From positions 4,000,001 to 4,064,000 of the forward strand of contig OY970303.1 in assembly GCA_963716255.1 (NCBI GenBank): DNA of 64,000 nt, read 5' to 3'. How positions within the stretch are numbered: position 1 is the stretch's first letter; every line of letters begins with the position of its first letter. The notes under the pieces are model-generated. The model was given only the letters and a program-made list of their open reading frames with translations. It did no database searches and was not told the DNA's origin. Below are positions 62,301 through 64,000 of the stretch, piece by piece. The stretch is from an uncultured Gemmatimonadales bacterium (GTDB taxonomy: Bacteria > Gemmatimonadota > Gemmatimonadetes > Longimicrobiales > Longimicrobiaceae). The position numbers and the translations under genes were made by a program.

Positions 62301-64000
62301 TCGGCGTCGGGCCTGACGGGCGCCACCTCCAACACGATCAGCGTGACGGCGGGCGCGGCGACGCAGCTCGGCATCACGACGCAGCCTTCCGACAGCGTGC
62401 AGAGCGGCATCGCGTTCCCGCGGCAGCCGGTGGTGCAGCTGCGCGACGCGAGCGGCAACCCGGTCTCGCAGGCGGGCGTCACCGTGACGGCAGCGATCGC
62501 GTCCGGCGCGGGCACGCTGGGCGGGACCACCACGGCGACGACCAATGCCAGCGGGGTGGCGACCTTCACCGACCTGTCCATCACCGGCCTGGTCGGCGAC
62601 CGGACGCTCTCCTTCTCGGCGTCGGGCCTGACCGGTGCCACCTCCGCGACCGTCAGCGTGACGGCGGGCGCGGCTTCTCAGCTGGTCATCACCACGCAGC
62701 CCTCGGACAGTGTGCAGGGCGGGGCGCCGTTCCCGCGGCAGCCCGTGGTCCGACTCCTGGACGCCTCCGGCAACCCGGTTGCGCAGGCGGGGGTGACGGT
62801 CACGGCGGCGATCGCTTCGGGTGGCGGCACGCTGGGCGGCACGACGACGGCGACGACCAACGCCAGCGGCGTGGCGACCTTCACCAACCTTTCCATCTCC
62901 GGGGCGGCGGGCGACCGCACTCTTTCCTTCTCGGCGACGGGGCTGACGGGAGCGACCTCCACCACCGTCAGGGTGACTTCGGGTCCCCCGGCGCAGCTGT
63001 TCATCGCCACGCAGCCGTCGTCCAGCGCCCAGGCCGGGGTGGCCTTCGCGCAGCAGCCGGCGGTGCAGCTCCAGGACGCGTCGGGCAACCCGACGGCCCA
63101 GGCGGGGGTGGTCGTCACGGCGGCGATCGCCTCGGGCGGCGGCACGCTGGGCGGCACCGTCACGGCGACGACGGACGCCACCGGCCTGGCCACCTTCACC
63201 AACCTGTCCATCGGCGGGACGGTGGGGAGCCGCACGCTCTCCTTCTCGGCGAGCGGGCTGACGGGCGCCACGTCGGGCACCATCAACGTGACCGCGGGCC
63301 CGGCGGCGGCGCTGGCCTTCTCGGTGCAGCCCTCCAACGTGGTCGCGAGCGCTCCGATCACTCCGGCCGTGCAGGTGTCGATCGTGGACGCCTACGGCAA
63401 CGTGGTGACGGGCGCCACGGACAACGTGACCCTCGCCATCGGGAACAACCCGTCCGGCGGGACGCTCTCGGGGACCACCACCGTGGCCGCGACGGGCGGG
63501 GTGGCGACCTTCTCCGGCCTCAGCATCAACCTGGTGGGCACCGGCTACACGCTCACGGCGAGCGCGGCCGGTCTGGGCACGGCCACGAGCGTGGGCTTCA
63601 ACGTCACGCACGGTCCGCTGGACCACTTCCTGGTGGAAGCGGCCGGCGGCGGGCCCATCGGCAACCAGCTGGCCGGAACGCCCTTCAACGTGCGGGTCAC
63701 GGCGAAGGACGCGTTCAACAACACCGTGACCAGCTTCACCGGCACGGTGGGCTTCACCAGCACGCCCGCCGGCGGGATCTCGGCCGGTGCGACCTCGGGG
63801 GCGTTCACCGCCGGGGTGCTGTCGTCGCACGCCATCACCTTCGGGACGCCGGGGAGCTTCACGCTCACCGCGACCCGCACCTCGGGGACGGAGAGCGGCA
63901 CCAGCAACAGCTTCGAGGTGCAGGCGGCGCCGACAGCCGTGAACGAGGGCCCGACGCCCACCAGCGCGCCGGGGCAGCCCTTCCACGCCTTCTTCAGCAC
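56337..64000 (+). CDS. Giant secreted adhesin-like protein (>2550 aa, runs off window): signal peptide, dockerin, ZU5-like domain, invasin-type Ig domains, 105-aa tandem repeats
   Basis: Not in ORF track; ATG at 56337 after GGGAGA; MMRFLPRLALFCGALLFLFGASARPAAAQ..GDVTADGNLTASDALAVL..GDADGNGQVTALDALVIL; frame checked consistent at 57000 and 63960, no stop seen. Confidence 0.9.
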   Translation, partial: MMRFLPRLALFCGALLFLFGASARPAAAQSGAIGIRGDVTADGNLTASDALAVLSHVVGKPLPAGYSAELDGDADGNGQVTALDALVILGRVVGKDVARYPVGRRLLSGVVGTAGGSVVSRLDSIRIEFPEGALAEAVNITVEPATGLPATPGLVASSALSMGPDGQRFAKPVRLTLRYSPAAVPQGVDPAALRIHRRVGDGWEEVPGGTVDVASATVSAVLSGFSTYAILPRAETGLSLVKVAGDGQTGTVGLPPADFLVVRLVNPAGRGIANRVLTWTVIEGGGTIRPLEERTDSAGRVRAVFTLGPDAGLNRVRVATAGADPVVFTATGVSAAPSSIVVYAGADQTATAGGPVATPPSVRVTDARGNPVVDATVTFAVATGGGSITGATPKTDGNGIATVGSWTLGTTAGPNSLTASVAGGLSVTINATGIPGAPASISKQSGDGGTAVVGTTRALEAKVVDANGNGVAGVTVSWTVASGGGSLSAPSSLTDGSGVASVIWTFGGTAGAQSVTAAATGLAGSPLTFSATTTPAAASRLAITTQPSAAAQSGIAFPQQPVLQLQDAFGNAVAQSGVAVTAAIASGTGTLGGTATVSTNAAGVATFADLAISGPVGAYTLGFSATGLTGATSGTINLAAGAASQLAVTTQPSATAQSGVAFPQQPVVQLRDAAGNPVSQAGVTVTAAIATGGGTLGGTTTATTNASGVATFTNLSITGTVGDRTLAFSATGLTGATSGTITLTAGAASQLAVTTQPSATAQSGVAFPQQPVVQLRDASGNPVAQAGVTVTAAIATGGGTLGGTTTATTDAGGAATFTGLSITGTIGDRTLSFSATGLTGATSNTISVTAGAATQLTITTQPSSTAQSGAVFGTQPAVQLRDASGNPVAQAGVTVTAAIASGAGTLGGTTTATTNASGVATFTDLAITGVVGDRTLSFSATGLTGATSNTISVTAGAATQLAITTQPSDSVQSGTAFPRQPVVQLRDASGNPVAQAGVTVTAAIASGAGTLGGTTAATTNASGVATFTNLVITGSVGDRTLSFSATGLTGATSGTVNVRAGAASQLAITTQPSPTAQSGVAFGTQPAVQVQDASGNPIAQAGVTVTAAIATGGGTLGGTTTATTNASGVATFTNLSISGTVGDRTLSFSASGLTGATSNTISVTAGAATQLAITTQPSSTAESGVAFATQPAVQLQDASGNPVAQAGVTVTAAIASGAGTLGGTTTATTNASGVATFTNLQITGVLGDRTLSFSASGLTGATSNTVSVTAGAATQLTITTQPSDSVQSGTTFPRQPVVQLRDASGNPVAQAGVTVTAAIASGAGTLGGTTTATTNGSGVATFTNLVITGAVGDRTISFSASGLTGATSNTVSVTAGAASQLTITTQPSDSVQSGTTFPRQPVVQLRDASGNPVAQAGVTVTAAIASGAGTLGGTTTATTNASGVATFTNLVITGAVGDRTLSFSASGLTGATSNTVSVTAGAATQLAVTTQPSSTAQSGVAFATQPAVQIQDASGNPVAQAGVTVTAAIASGAGTLGGTTTATTNASGVATFTDLAITGVVGDRTLSFSATGLTSATSNTISVTAGAATQLAITTQPSDSVQSGTTFPRQPVVQLRDASGNPVAQAGVTVTVAIASGAGTLGGTTTATTNASGVATFTDLVITGVVGDRTLSFSATGLTGATSNTVSVTAGGASQLVITTQPSDSVQSGTTFPRQPVVQLRDASGNPVAQAGVTVTAAIATGGGTLGGTTTATTNASGVATFTNLSISGTVGDRTLSFSATGLTGATSSTISVTAGAASQLTITTQPSDSVQSGTTFPRQPAVQLRDASGNPVAQAGVTVTAAIATGGGTLGGTTTATTNASGVATFTNLSITGAVGDRTLSFSAAGLTGATSSTVSVTAGAAAQLAVTTQPSATVQSGVAFPQQPVVQLRDAAGNPVAQAGVTVTAAIASGGGTLGGTTTATTDATGAATFTDLSITGTVGDRTLSFSASGLTGATSNTISVTAGAATQLGITTQPSDSVQSGIAFPRQPVVQLRDASGNPVSQAGVTVTAAIASGAGTLGGTTTATTNASGVATFTDLSITGLVGDRTLSFSASGLTGATSATVSVTAGAASQLVITTQPSDSVQGGAPFPRQPVVRLLDASGNPVAQAGVTVTAAIASGGGTLGGTTTATTNASGVATFTNLSISGAAGDRTLSFSATGLTGATSTTVRVTSGPPAQLFIATQPSSSAQAGVAFAQQPAVQLQDASGNPTAQAGVVVTAAIASGGGTLGGTVTATTDATGLATFTNLSIGGTVGSRTLSFSASGLTGATSGTINVTAGPAAALAFSVQPSNVVASAPITPAVQVSIVDAYGNVVTGATDNVTLAIGNNPSGGTLSGTTTVAATGGVATFSGLSINLVGTGYTLTASAAGLGTATSVGFNVTHGPLDHFLVEAAGGGPIGNQLAGTPFNVRVTAKDAFNNTVTSFTGTVGFTSTPAGGISAGATSGAFTAGVLSSHAITFGTPGSFTLTATRTSGTESGTSNSFEVQAAPTAVNEGPTPTSAPGQPFHAFFS
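57940..63610 (+). repeat. Intragenic tandem array of 18 x 315-bp (105-aa) Ig-like units
   Basis: TTQPS-type motif at 57966 + 315n (58281, 58596, 58911 ... 63006) and a divergent SVQPS unit at 63321. Confidence 0.92.

Noticed and set aside
57940..63610. 315-bp array as a non-coding repeat, or the minus-strand ORFs (57017-59308, 60102-63986 etc.) as genes
   Set aside because: The + frame from 56337 is open with signal peptide, RBS and coherent domains; the minus ORFs are antisense shadows broken by periodic stops.

Overview
High-GC bacterial chromosomal window. Gene style (LAAC lipoboxes, TPEP-type PEP-CTERM tail, split sdaAB/sdaAA) suggests Gemmatimonadota, Longimicrobium-like; this is inference. 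About 47 real CDSs are present, and most long overlapping ORFs in the track are GC shadow frames. Housekeeping genes include pyk, pgi, htpX, uvrA, rnd, cobB, moeB, sdaAB/AA and pspA. Highlights: (1) two dispersed intergenic repeat families (A: 9 copies plus a remnant, ~130 bp; B: 4 copies, ~155 bp) with extensive compensatory base changes and a shared GARAC-stem-GYNGTWT-stem-GGYTC hairpin module; (2) an operon of two cohesin-like lipoproteins and a giant (>2550 aa, absent from the ORF track) dockerin/ZU5/Ig-repeat adhesin; (3) two c-di-GMP-I riboswitches upstream of a PEP-CTERM protein and subtilase lipoproteins; (4) rifampin phosphotransferase with an Actinobacteria-type RAE palindrome; (5) an ABM / stand-alone CarH-type B12 domain / histidine kinase operon; (6) an orphan N6-adenine methyltransferase split by a G-run frameshift. 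All calls were made by eye from motifs; no database searches were run.
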